Source of the DNA: a virus
Lineage: Duplodnaviria > Caudoviricetes
Length of the DNA stretch: 63,009 nt
Virus record (IMG/VR): IMGVR_UViG_3300036774_000098
Span: 1 to 63,009 of that record
Strand: one strand, 5' to 3'
Shown here: positions 55,436 through 63,009 of the stretch, one piece after another
Position numbering within the stretch: the first letter of the stretch is position 1
Layout of the letters: each line of letters starts with the position of its first letter
Notes under the pieces: generated by a model
Told to the model about the DNA's origin: nothing
Database searches by the model: none
Seen by the model: only the letters and a program-made list of their open reading frames with translations
Translations under genes and position numbers: made by a program

Positions 55436-55587
55436 GTTGCCCCGTCTGCGGCCAAGACAGCTGCTCATGCCAAGCAGATCTCTTCGACGCATTTATTGGC
55501 GGTGGACCGGCTGACGTCCCCCCGGAGCACCAGCCCCACCACATACCCCCTGCCGAGCCCGATCCTGATAACGACAACGACCCTTGA
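55432..55587 (+). CDS. 51-aa acidic Cys-rich micro-protein
   Basis: MSCPVCGQDSCSCQADLFDAFIGGG...DPDNDNDP; ATGA coupling to tad2. Confidence 0.6.
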   Translation: MSCPVCGQDSCSCQADLFDAFIGGGPADVPPEHQPHHIPPAEPDPDNDNDP

Positions 55588-55635
55588 CAGGAGTCAGCAT
55601 CTATACTATATCCCTCTCTGCATGATTAGTTCTAC

Positions 55636-55680
55636 AAAAAGAGCCCGCCCCTGAGCACGATGCAGGGACGGGCTTTTCTC
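55636..55680. terminator. Bidirectional terminator between convergent operons
   Basis: AAAAAGAGCCCG...CGGGCTTTTCT. Confidence 0.65.
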
Positions 55681-55683
55681 ATT

Positions 55684-56070
55684 TCAGCTGTGCCTCGCCG
55701 TCATCTTCCACCCAGGCTCTTCCCAGGGGATGCCGTTGACTGTGCAGAACTCCTGCAGGGCCTGACGCCATTTCGGCAGGTCATAGGTCATCATATCGGC
55801 TGGAGACAGGTCGGCATGTTCCCACCTGCCAGCCTCCTTCTTCGTCCCGATGATGTAGACGTAGCTGACGGTGTTCCCATTGTAGAAGTCTCCGCTCTTG
55901 CCGAGGTTGACTTTGCCGTCCTTCTTCCCGCACACGGGATAGGGAACAGAGTCATCATCCTCGTCGACCATGGCGGACAGCCGCTCATGGAGCTTCTCGT
56001 CCATCTCGTAGTCTTCGTCCCAGAGGAACGGGAACCCGAAATACAGCACCGCATTGATATCGACGCCCAT
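55684..56070 (-). CDS. Hypothetical protein
   Basis: MGVD..A.LYFG; TGATG coupling. Confidence 0.6.
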   Translation of the reverse strand: MGVDINAVLYFGFPFLWDEDYEMDEKLHERLSAMVDEDDDSVPYPVCGKKDGKVNLGKSGDFYNGNTVSYVYIIGTKKEAGRWEHADLSPADMMTYDLPKWRQALQEFCTVNGIPWEEPGWKMTARHS

Positions 56071-56903
56071 CAGTCATCTCCACTTCCATAGACGGTGTCA
56101 TCATGACGGAGCCGGTTCACCATGGCCCGCTCTTCCTCATGCTCGGCCCTGGCGTCTTCAAGCTGCACGTTGAGGATCTTGGCCAGCTTGACCATCCCGT
56201 CGTTCGTCACATGGACGGCCGACACCCGCTCCCGCTCGCCAGTGCTCCTATCGACGTAGGCGGCAGGACCATGGCACAGCCAGCCCTTGTCGAGGATCGG
56301 CTGGTAGGCGACGCTGCGGCGTCCCTTGGAGTGAGCCCGCCAGTGAAGCCACCCGATGTTGTGGAGCCAATTGATGAACGGCAGAGGATTCATCTTCAGG
56401 TCCTTGGCAGCGATCTGCAGGGACACGCTGCCAGGGGTGACGCGCAGCCGTTCGATGGCGTCCACGTCGGGCTGCATGACCTCGACCCTGCTCTCCAGGG
56501 CCAGGACCTTCTTCTCGGCCTCGATCGCCATGGTGAGGATTTCCAGGCGCGTCATGCTTGACGGGTTCTGACGACGCGTCAGCTCCTTCTCCATCGCCTC
56601 GAAGGCGTCGAGGAAGGCTGACTTCCATTTCATCGCCGCCGCTCCGGTGAACCCCATCGCCAGCAGACTGAACCCACGCCGGTTCATCTCGTAGCACCGG
56701 GCTTTTGCCTTGTTCTTTGCAACGTAGGATAGAACCCCAAAATTGGGGACCTCTCTAGTTGCATCTTTGAGAAGGTTGTCTATGTCGCGGAGGACATGAT
56801 CGTGCCGTTTGCCGAATTTGTCGGCGACCTCCAGGGAGGAAACGACCGGGACGCCTTCGCCGTTCTTGACGACGACGACGAGTTCGTGTAGTTTTTCGTT
56901 CAT
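56070..56903 (-). CDS. rha: Rha-family regulator fused to a KilAC/ANT antirepressor domain
   Basis: SSLEVA..FGKRHDHVLRDI, GFSLLAMGFTG..A..WK; AAKDL...GWL...VT..G. Confidence 0.85.
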   Translation of the reverse strand: MNEKLHELVVVVKNGEGVPVVSSLEVADKFGKRHDHVLRDIDNLLKDATREVPNFGVLSYVAKNKAKARCYEMNRRGFSLLAMGFTGAAAMKWKSAFLDAFEAMEKELTRRQNPSSMTRLEILTMAIEAEKKVLALESRVEVMQPDVDAIERLRVTPGSVSLQIAAKDLKMNPLPFINWLHNIGWLHWRAHSKGRRSVAYQPILDKGWLCHGPAAYVDRSTGERERVSAVHVTNDGMVKLAKILNVQLEDARAEHEEERAMVNRLRHDDTVYGSGDD

Positions 56904-56962
56904 AGTAACTGTCTTCCCTTGATGGGCCGCTCTGGGTATTTCGCCAGAGCGGCCTTTCTGTT

Positions 56963-57208
56963 TCAGCTATCTTCGAACGTGAGTTTCACGGTGACAGGCT
57001 TACCGCTCAGAACACTGTGGGTGATGTTCACCTCAATCTCCGTCTCCTCGATCGAAGGGGATGGCAAGTCGTTCAGCTTCAGAGCGTACAACTTGACGGC
57101 TTGGCCGCCATGGTTGTCCTTCAGGAGCTCGATGGCGGTATCCGCGTCCGTGGCCGCCTCGTAATCATCGTCTTCGTTTACCGCGATGTAAACCGTAGCG
57201 TCTGCCAT
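56963..57208 (-). CDS. Hypothetical protein
   Basis: AAGGAG RBS. Confidence 0.55.
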   Translation of the reverse strand: MADATVYIAVNEDDDYEAATDADTAIELLKDNHGGQAVKLYALKLNDLPSPSIEETEIEVNITHSVLSGKPVTVKLTFEDS

Positions 57209-57290
57209 GCATATCTCCTTTGTATAGACAATTTGGGCTATAAGCAACCCTCGCGACGCCCAGACCGCACCTGGACGCCGACAGCGTGGC

Positions 57291-57521
57291 TTACCGCATC
57301 TTCGCTTCGTGGATGATGGCCTTGATCCTGAGCTCGGCCAGTTTCATGGCGAAGTCGAGCTCCTCGTATACCTGCATGGCCTTGTTCATCAGGTCGCCGT
57401 CAGCGTCGAGCCGCTCAAGGTCGTCTGGGGCCTCGCCCATAACGAGCTGGATGGTGTCGCAGCGATCGCTGATGTCCTGAGCTTTATCGACCAGTTCCCC
57501 TGGCGTTATCACGTTATCCAT
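57291..57521 (-). CDS. Hypothetical protein
   Basis: AAGGAG RBS. Confidence 0.55.
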   Translation of the reverse strand: MDNVITPGELVDKAQDISDRCDTIQLVMGEAPDDLERLDADGDLMNKAMQVYEELDFAMKLAELRIKAIIHEAKMR

Positions 57522-57538
57522 GGTATTCTCCTTTGACG

Positions 57539-57570
57539 AAAAAGGAGCTGGCGGAAACCACCAGCCCCTG
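57539..57570 (-). terminator. Terminator
   Basis: Minus strand GGGGCTGGTGG-TTT-CCGCCAGCTCC-TTTTT. Confidence 0.7.
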
Positions 57571-57581
57571 AGGCTTAGAAC

Positions 57582-58391
57582 TCAGACCTCGCCCCGAGCG
57601 ACGGCCTCAGCCTGCCGAGCCCGGCATCCATGGGCCTTAAACCCAACGATAGTCCTCCTGATCGACGAGGCGCATAGGCGGCAAGTGTCGCACGTCAGGT
57701 TCCTGGCAGTTGTTGCAGGACAAACAACAACTCGATGTCCTTCAGGCGTATGCCCTCCGCTATCAGGATAGTCCATCGGTAGGACGACAACCACGGGAGC
57801 AGTGGTCAGCTTCTTCAGCTCGTCGGCATGCTCAACCGTATTGGCTGAGACGTTCACCGTGAAGCCTCGATAGTTGGCCTCATCGATGATGGCTGCGTTC
57901 CACTCAAACCCCACGGTGTAATGGGTGTAGGTGAATCCCTTCTTCCCTTTGTTGGCCTCGGCCAGCATCAGCACCGCGTCGCGGTCGAGGATCACGCCGT
58001 CTCCAGGCAGGTCGCCCGCCTGATTGTGCCGCCAGAAGGTTCCTTTCGGGAGGGCCTTCACATCGGCGCAGAAGGCATCCCAGGGCTTGCCTTTCTCTTT
58101 CCGGGTCACTGCGTCCCAGAAGATCCTCATCGGCCCTCCACGGGCGTAGCAGGACGCCTCACGGAATGGACAGTCTTCGACGCAGGTGTCGGCCGTCGTG
58201 GTGCTCACCGGGATAGGCCCGGTCTTTGTGTTGGTTGACCGCAGCGTCAACGCCGCCTGATAGTCGCCCATCTTTTCCGGGGCGGCCCACGTCTCGACAG
58301 CTCTTCTGGCTGCGCTCCGGGCGCCGCTCTTGCGCAGCATGTCCTGTTCCTCTGGAGTTAAGCCCTCCAGGGTTGAATAGAAATCACGCAT
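57582..58391 (-). CDS. Cys-rich Gp88-like (radical-SAM-related) phage protein
   Basis: SxNxKTG, TCxxxCPF...CYA, WRHNQAGD, FTYTH, NVSA, CPA...TCxxCxLC, GF.AHG. Confidence 0.6.
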   Translation of the reverse strand: MRDFYSTLEGLTPEEQDMLRKSGARSAARRAVETWAAPEKMGDYQAALTLRSTNTKTGPIPVSTTTADTCVEDCPFREASCYARGGPMRIFWDAVTRKEKGKPWDAFCADVKALPKGTFWRHNQAGDLPGDGVILDRDAVLMLAEANKGKKGFTYTHYTVGFEWNAAIIDEANYRGFTVNVSANTVEHADELKKLTTAPVVVVLPMDYPDSGGHTPEGHRVVVCPATTARNLTCDTCRLCASSIRRTIVGFKAHGCRARQAEAVARGEV

Positions 58392-58472
58392 AGAAATCTC
58401 CGTTTGGTTTCGGGTCTGGACATTGGAGTCCATCCCACGCCTCCCCGAGAGAAGGCGTGAAATTGACTTCAA

Positions 58473-59072
58473 TTATTCGTAGCTCACCGTGGGCTCAGCG
58501 AGCCTATACAGGTGATCCTTCAGCATGAACGCGGCGTCGATGACCTCGATCTCTCCGCCCATGGAGTGGAACGACTTCGAGAATTCGCCCGTGCCGCCGA
58601 CGCCGCCTTCGTTGCCATCCCAGAACGCCAGGAGCTTGGTCTTGTCGGCGTGATCCATGGCCAACTGCGCCATGAGGTTGTTGGCGTCGGTGTAGTCCGA
58701 GCTGACGCCATTGCCTGCCAGGGCGGTGAACAGTTGAGCCCCGTCGATCACCTTCTTCATCCGTCGTTCCCAGCAGAACTGGTCAGGCTCACCGATCGAG
58801 CCCTTGATGAACTCCTCGATGGAGCGGGGCAGGACGATCATGGTGTCGAGCCCCAAATGCTGGGCAACCTCCAGGAAGATGATGTCAGCTCCCTTCGCCG
58901 CGCTGGCGATGCAGATGATTTCGCCATCAGTGTCGTGCCAAGCATTACGCAGGCTCTTTCTTATGGACTCTTTCACGTCCTCATACATGGTCGCCGGGAA
59001 CCGAGGCTCCTTGCGGCCAGACGCGTCGATCATGTGTCCGGTGAACACCAGACCCAGTTCGTAGCTCTTCAT
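58473..59072 (-). CDS. Stand-alone SLOG-family protein
   Basis: VFTGHMID...PRFP, AA.GADI.F.E, N..M, AFWDG...GGT. Confidence 0.7.
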   Translation of the reverse strand: MKSYELGLVFTGHMIDASGRKEPRFPATMYEDVKESIRKSLRNAWHDTDGEIICIASAAKGADIIFLEVAQHLGLDTMIVLPRSIEEFIKGSIGEPDQFCWERRMKKVIDGAQLFTALAGNGVSSDYTDANNLMAQLAMDHADKTKLLAFWDGNEGGVGGTGEFSKSFHSMGGEIEVIDAAFMLKDHLYRLAEPTVSYE

Positions 59073-59134
59073 GCCTTCCTCCTTTTGGTTGTGGCACGGC
59101 CTATCCCCCCGTCTCCGAGGGGATAAACGCTGCC

Positions 59135-60052
59135 TCAAGCCGCCTTCTTCATCCAATCATCAGCCAGATTGCTGATGTCCCGTTCGAACTTCAGCCCGCT
59201 GTCGAGGGCCTTGATCCCGGTCACTGACCGAGGGCGGGGCAGGAGCTTACGCTCTTCATCTGACGCTTTGTTGTAGCGATCGATGGCCGCCCAGGGCTTC
59301 TGGCCGCCCAGCCTCAGGTTCTCCTCCAGGAGCTGGTAGACGCCCCAAAGGTTGCTGTCTGTGTCGCCGACGCGGAGCGTCTCGAAGAGCTGCATCGGGT
59401 AGATCGGAGCTTTGTCTTTCTCCCAACGGAGCAGCAGGGCCTCCTCCGCCATGGCGATGGCCGCTCCTTTCCTCATAGGCGTGTCGATCATCGCCTGACG
59501 CCACTCGCTGATGACGCCAATCGAGCCCATCATCTTCAGGGCCGCCTCGATCACGTCCATGACGTTCAAACGCACATGGCTCAGGCGGATAGCCTCAGCG
59601 ACGCGGCCGGCGATCAGCCCATTGCCGCACAGAAGCTCCAGGAGCCCGGCGAACATCTGGATGGAGCAGCGGCCGGCATGGTCGCCGACGTAGCCCACCT
59701 GCCCGTAGAAGCCCCGCCCGGCCGGATCATAGATGTCCGGGTGCCGGTACATGACGAGGTGCTTCATGAAGGCTTCCTTGACCAGCGCCTCCTCCTTAGC
59801 CTCTGGCGTGTGATCGACAGGACGAGCCCGCTGCTTGACCACTTTCACCGGGTAGAACCCAGCGTCCACCATCTTCTCGTGAACCAGAGACGTCGGCACG
59901 TGGACGTAGCTGGCTCCACGCTTCTCGTGCTTCTCAGTCTTGAAGATCGACGGCGCAAAGGCCATCAGCTCTTCGTCACTGATCTGCGTCGCCGACGTCA
60001 GAGTGTTCATCGATCCATGCGCGAACCGGGTGAATGGCCTCATCATTGTCAT
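59135..60052 (-). CDS. DUF932-family protein
   Basis: APSIF....H...Y..VPT, GF.PV, KH...R, AG....C.NGL, H, R..D...LW......EN...GG. Confidence 0.8.
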   Translation of the reverse strand: MTMMRPFTRFAHGSMNTLTSATQISDEELMAFAPSIFKTEKHEKRGASYVHVPTSLVHEKMVDAGFYPVKVVKQRARPVDHTPEAKEEALVKEAFMKHLVMYRHPDIYDPAGRGFYGQVGYVGDHAGRCSIQMFAGLLELLCGNGLIAGRVAEAIRLSHVRLNVMDVIEAALKMMGSIGVISEWRQAMIDTPMRKGAAIAMAEEALLLRWEKDKAPIYPMQLFETLRVGDTDSNLWGVYQLLEENLRLGGQKPWAAIDRYNKASDEERKLLPRPRSVTGIKALDSGLKFERDISNLADDWMKKAA

Positions 60053-60248
60053 TGAAGGTCTCCTTTAGTGCTCGATGATAAAAATGGACTGCAAGCCTGA
60101 TGGCTTGGTTCTTGGTTATTTTGCCGTGGCCCCTAAAGATGTTAAAGGCCACGATTTCGTCGAGTTTGTGGGTGATCTTAAACTCGGGTATGTCTTTGAG
60201 AGAAAAGAGCTCCTGGCCGTTCTCCTTCACTTTGATGTATTTTGACAT
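59976..60248 (-). CDS. Hypothetical protein
   Basis: GAGGAG RBS; overlaps the DUF932 start. Confidence 0.5.
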   Translation of the reverse strand: MSKYIKVKENGQELFSLKDIPEFKITHKLDEIVAFNIFRGHGKITKNQAIRLAVHFYHRALKETFNDNDEAIHPVRAWIDEHSDVGDADQ

Positions 60249-60315
60249 ATCGTCTCCTCACTACAACAGCACTGTACCACCCCCAGGGCTCCCTGTCCCT
60301 ACGCCTTTAGTCTAA

Positions 60316-60771
60316 CTATACTTCGATAAACTCTCCTCCTTCCTCGACGAACAGCTCCAGAACTGCTATCATTCTCGTCTGATACCCCTTGCCGCCCGTT
60401 TTATAGTGATGGAGCAGCTTGGTCGGTATGCGGAGATTGATGGCCGTCCGGTTCGCTTCCTCCTTCGACGGCAGCACAACGAAGCGCTTGGCGTCAGGAG
60501 GCAGCACGGGGCGCACACGCGGCGCTTTCCGTTTCTTGGGTGATGGCGAGGGCTTAGGCTTCTTCGCCCGTGTGCGGGCTTCCTTGGGCTCTACAGCCAC
60601 CATCTCGGATTCAGTGATGATCGGGCCAGGAGCTTCGCGCATCGACTGGCCACCGTAAGCAGGCGCGCCAGACATCACGTCGCCCGGCAGAATATGATTG
60701 GGAGCAGCGACGCTCCAGACATTCGACTCATTGCCCGGCAGGCGGACATTGCCAACTCTTTTTATGGCCAT
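60316..60771 (-). CDS. Protein with C-terminal BrnA-antitoxin-like RHH domain
   Basis: INLRIP..LL..YK..GKGYQTRM..VL; AGGAGG RBS. Confidence 0.7.
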   Translation of the reverse strand: MAIKRVGNVRLPGNESNVWSVAAPNHILPGDVMSGAPAYGGQSMREAPGPIITESEMVAVEPKEARTRAKKPKPSPSPKKRKAPRVRPVLPPDAKRFVVLPSKEEANRTAINLRIPTKLLHHYKTGGKGYQTRMIAVLELFVEEGGEFIEV

Positions 60772-60940
60772 ATCGGCCTCCTGTTCATCGTTTGCGATGG
60801 ATGGAGTTTGCCATTTGCGGCCATAAAAGTATATACCGGAGGAGTTTCCCCTTGAGGGATAGCCCGTCATCGAGTAAGCTGAGGTCGATATGCACCTTCC
60901 AAAGTTCCTGGCCTTATTCACCCATCACGCTGGAGCAGAC

Positions 60941-61234
60941 ATGAGTCTCGAATTCGACAAGCTGAAGAACAGAGTCGCCGTGGCCGTCGCGACCATTACC
61001 CATCAGAATACGCTGATCGGGGAGAAGGACGCCAAAATCACTGAGCTCCATGCTCAGATCGGCAGCCTCCTGGCCGCTTCACCTGCGGCGCCGGAAATCA
61101 AGGAAGAGGACTACGCCGCCCTCACGGCTCAGATCGAGACTGCGGTGCTTCCTCTCGAAGTCACGGGCGCAGCCCTTGCCGAGCCCACCATTCTGCCCCA
61201 GGCAGATCCGGCTCATCCCGCTCTCCAGGGTTAA
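60941..61234 (+). CDS. Hypothetical coiled-coil protein
   Basis: GGAG RBS. Confidence 0.55.
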   Translation: MSLEFDKLKNRVAVAVATITHQNTLIGEKDAKITELHAQIGSLLAASPAAPEIKEEDYAALTAQIETAVLPLEVTGAALAEPTILPQADPAHPALQG

Positions 61235-61238
61235 CGCC

Positions 61239-62039
61239 ATGCGCCGACGCTTTCCAGCACCAACAGCCAGCTCTCGGATGCGCCTGAGAGTCAAATTCGA
61301 TAAGGCGAATCCCTTCCCTATCCTTGGCGATCTCGTCAGGGAGAAGAGAGGCAGCGCCACGCGTCGAGAGGCTGGCTTAGAGGCAGGCGTCGGCGGCCAC
61401 GTGATTCTCGACATCGAAAACCACTACAGCGCCTTGGCTGACGAGATCGAGCTCTTGTGCCGTTGGGTTGGCGTCAGTCCTGAGAACGTCCAGACGCCGC
61501 CTCCTATCGTCATGCGCTCATTCGGCCGCCCGACGAGGGACGGTACGAGCGTACAGCCCATCCTGGATGACATCCTCGACTGGATCAGCAATGGCCAGCC
61601 TCTCGCCAAGTACGAGAGCACGCGCTTCCAGGTGGATAGCGCCCGCGCCAAGCGTCTGGTGACGCAATACCTGAGAACGTCGAAAGAGTTCGCCGCGGCG
61701 CACGCCGTAGCCAAAGCGATCGGCGCCCATCATCTGGTGGACGAAACCATCAGCATCGCCGATAATTCGAAGATCGCCACCGGGCAGGCGGCAAACATGA
61801 TCAAGGCCCGCCAATGGGCTGCAGCCAAGCTGAATCCGACAGTTTACGGGAACAACTCCGAATCCAACGTCAACGTGAATGTTGGATTTGGGGACGCCCT
61901 CGAACAGTTGGAGAAGAGACGCGGCCAGAACGCCCTGGCAGCGCCGTCTCGGCGACTTGATGTGATCGACATCGACCCCCTTCCCCTTCAGCGAGCTGAC
62001 GAGAAAGAGGGTTCTGTCGCATCTCTGGCAAGCGACTAA
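61239..62039 (+). CDS. terS: Terminase small subunit (Sf6-like) with N-terminal XRE-like HTH
   Basis: IL..I.NG..L...F...A...GA..L.DE...IAD...I.ARQW.AAKLNP..YG; N-terminal LG.LVREKR.......G..AGV. Confidence 0.7.
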   Translation: MRRRFPAPTASSRMRLRVKFDKANPFPILGDLVREKRGSATRREAGLEAGVGGHVILDIENHYSALADEIELLCRWVGVSPENVQTPPPIVMRSFGRPTRDGTSVQPILDDILDWISNGQPLAKYESTRFQVDSARAKRLVTQYLRTSKEFAAAHAVAKAIGAHHLVDETISIADNSKIATGQAANMIKARQWAAAKLNPTVYGNNSESNVNVNVGFGDALEQLEKRRGQNALAAPSRRLDVIDIDPLPLQRADEKEGSVASLASD

Positions 62040-62275
62040 CGCCAGAGGTCGCGTTCTTCCTGCAAAGCCTCAAGGCGCTTACGCTCCCATTCGGCCCGGC
62101 CTTCCTGCTCAGCGGCGTTGCCCAAGGCCAGGGCCATACCCACGCCGACTATGGCGATAGCCCATCCAAGGGCCACTTGTCCCGAGCTGGCGACGGCGCT
62201 TCCAAAGGCGAAAATCGCCAGTCCGCCGAAGAGAGACAAAGCTTCCTTGCTCATGATCATTTTTTCCTTTGACAT
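62036..62275 (-). CDS. Small two-TM membrane protein
   Basis: Two hydrophobic segments followed by a charged tail. Confidence 0.55.
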   Translation of the reverse strand: MSKEKMIMSKEALSLFGGLAIFAFGSAVASSGQVALGWAIAIVGVGMALALGNAAEQEGRAEWERKRLEALQEERDLWR

Positions 62276-62279
62276 GTTC

Positions 62280-62471
62280 TCAGTTTGTGCTATCAAGGAG
62301 CTCAGACAGCTCTTTGACATTCTTCTGCACTGCCCGCTCAGGTTCCGCGTGTTCGTTCACGCAGGAACCTGTTTTTGTTACTGGTTTCAACATTATGTGC
62401 GTGAACGGGCTCACGCTGGCAGGCTCAGTAATGCCGAACACCGGGCGGGTGGGGCCATAAATCTTTTCCAT
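62280..62471 (-). CDS. Hypothetical protein
   Basis: AAGGAGG RBS. Confidence 0.5.
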   Translation of the reverse strand: MEKIYGPTRPVFGITEPASVSPFTHIMLKPVTKTGSCVNEHAEPERAVQKNVKELSELLDSTN

Positions 62472-62561
62472 AATTCCTCCTTTAGAGTGGCAGCGCTAAA
62501 CTCAAGACGCCCATTACAAAGAGCACAAAGGCCAGGATCGCCGCAAGGGCCAAAACGTCCT

Positions 62562-62909
62562 TCATTCCTCATTCTCCTTGGGCAGATACATTAGCCCGTT
62601 CAGTTTAAGCCAGAGAACCTGAACGCGGCCCACGTTCTCAGCTAAAGCCTGAGAACAGGTGGACTCGATCAGCATTAGCGGCCGTCGGCTATCAATAGGC
62701 GGCAAAGCGCCATCCTCGTTGATATCCGAGAAAAACCGCTCGGCCCTCACACCCCACATATCGGCCTTCTCGGGGCTCGGCAGCACCGCCAACGTCCAGC
62801 CCGGCATGACAGCCTGAAGCTGATCGGCGGTGTCCTGAGCGCGATCACGGTTCAAATACGCCTTGGTCTTTCCAGTTCCGTTTGGTGACAAACCCATTAT
62901 GGTTCCCAT
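62562..62909 (-). CDS. Hypothetical protein
   Basis: GAGG RBS; 115 aa. Confidence 0.55.
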   Translation of the reverse strand: MGTIMGLSPNGTGKTKAYLNRDRAQDTADQLQAVMPGWTLAVLPSPEKADMWGVRAERFFSDINEDGALPPIDSRRPLMLIESTCSQALAENVGRVQVLWLKLNGLMYLPKENEE

Positions 62910-63009
62910 TTCCTCAGGTTATGAACTCCGATTACGCAGGTGACGATCAGGCAGGCGACAGCGCCCGCCTTGGCATGGCCCAGGATGATCCCCAGGCACA
63001 AGAGGTTGA

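Overview
The window appears to be an essentially complete ~63 kb tailed-phage genome. Its virion module is podovirus-like (BPP-1/T7-style), and the host is probably an alphaproteobacterium (GcrA homologue, Omp25/RopB-like porin, DUF2793 protein). The plus-strand block at 6.7-40.7 kb runs terminase large subunit, portal, scaffold, major capsid, cement, tail tubular A/B, internal (ejection) proteins, tail fibre and lysis genes. The block at 40.7-51.7 kb, mostly minus strand, holds recombination/replication genes (PD-(D/E)XK nuclease, SSB-like protein, beta-clamp homologue, initiator with internal iterons) plus an RNA ligase-nitrilase operon. From 52.0 to 54.7 kb there are two sigma70-driven, largely non-coding units containing tRNAs, tRNA-like RNAs with remodelled anticodon arms and many long hairpins. 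The block at 54.7-62 kb carries anti-defence/regulatory genes (Tad2/DUF2829, Rha-ANT, SLOG, DUF932, orphan BrnA) and an HTH-fused terminase small subunit. I recognised no integrase, DNA polymerase, helicase, reverse transcriptase or CRISPR array. The most unusual signals are the tRNA-mimic/structured-RNA units, two arrays of translationally coupled acidic micro-proteins, Sec signal peptides on proteins inside the virion module, and a LAGLIDADG insertion that brings a replacement 5' end for the gene it interrupts. All family calls come from motif recognition by eye, not from database searches.
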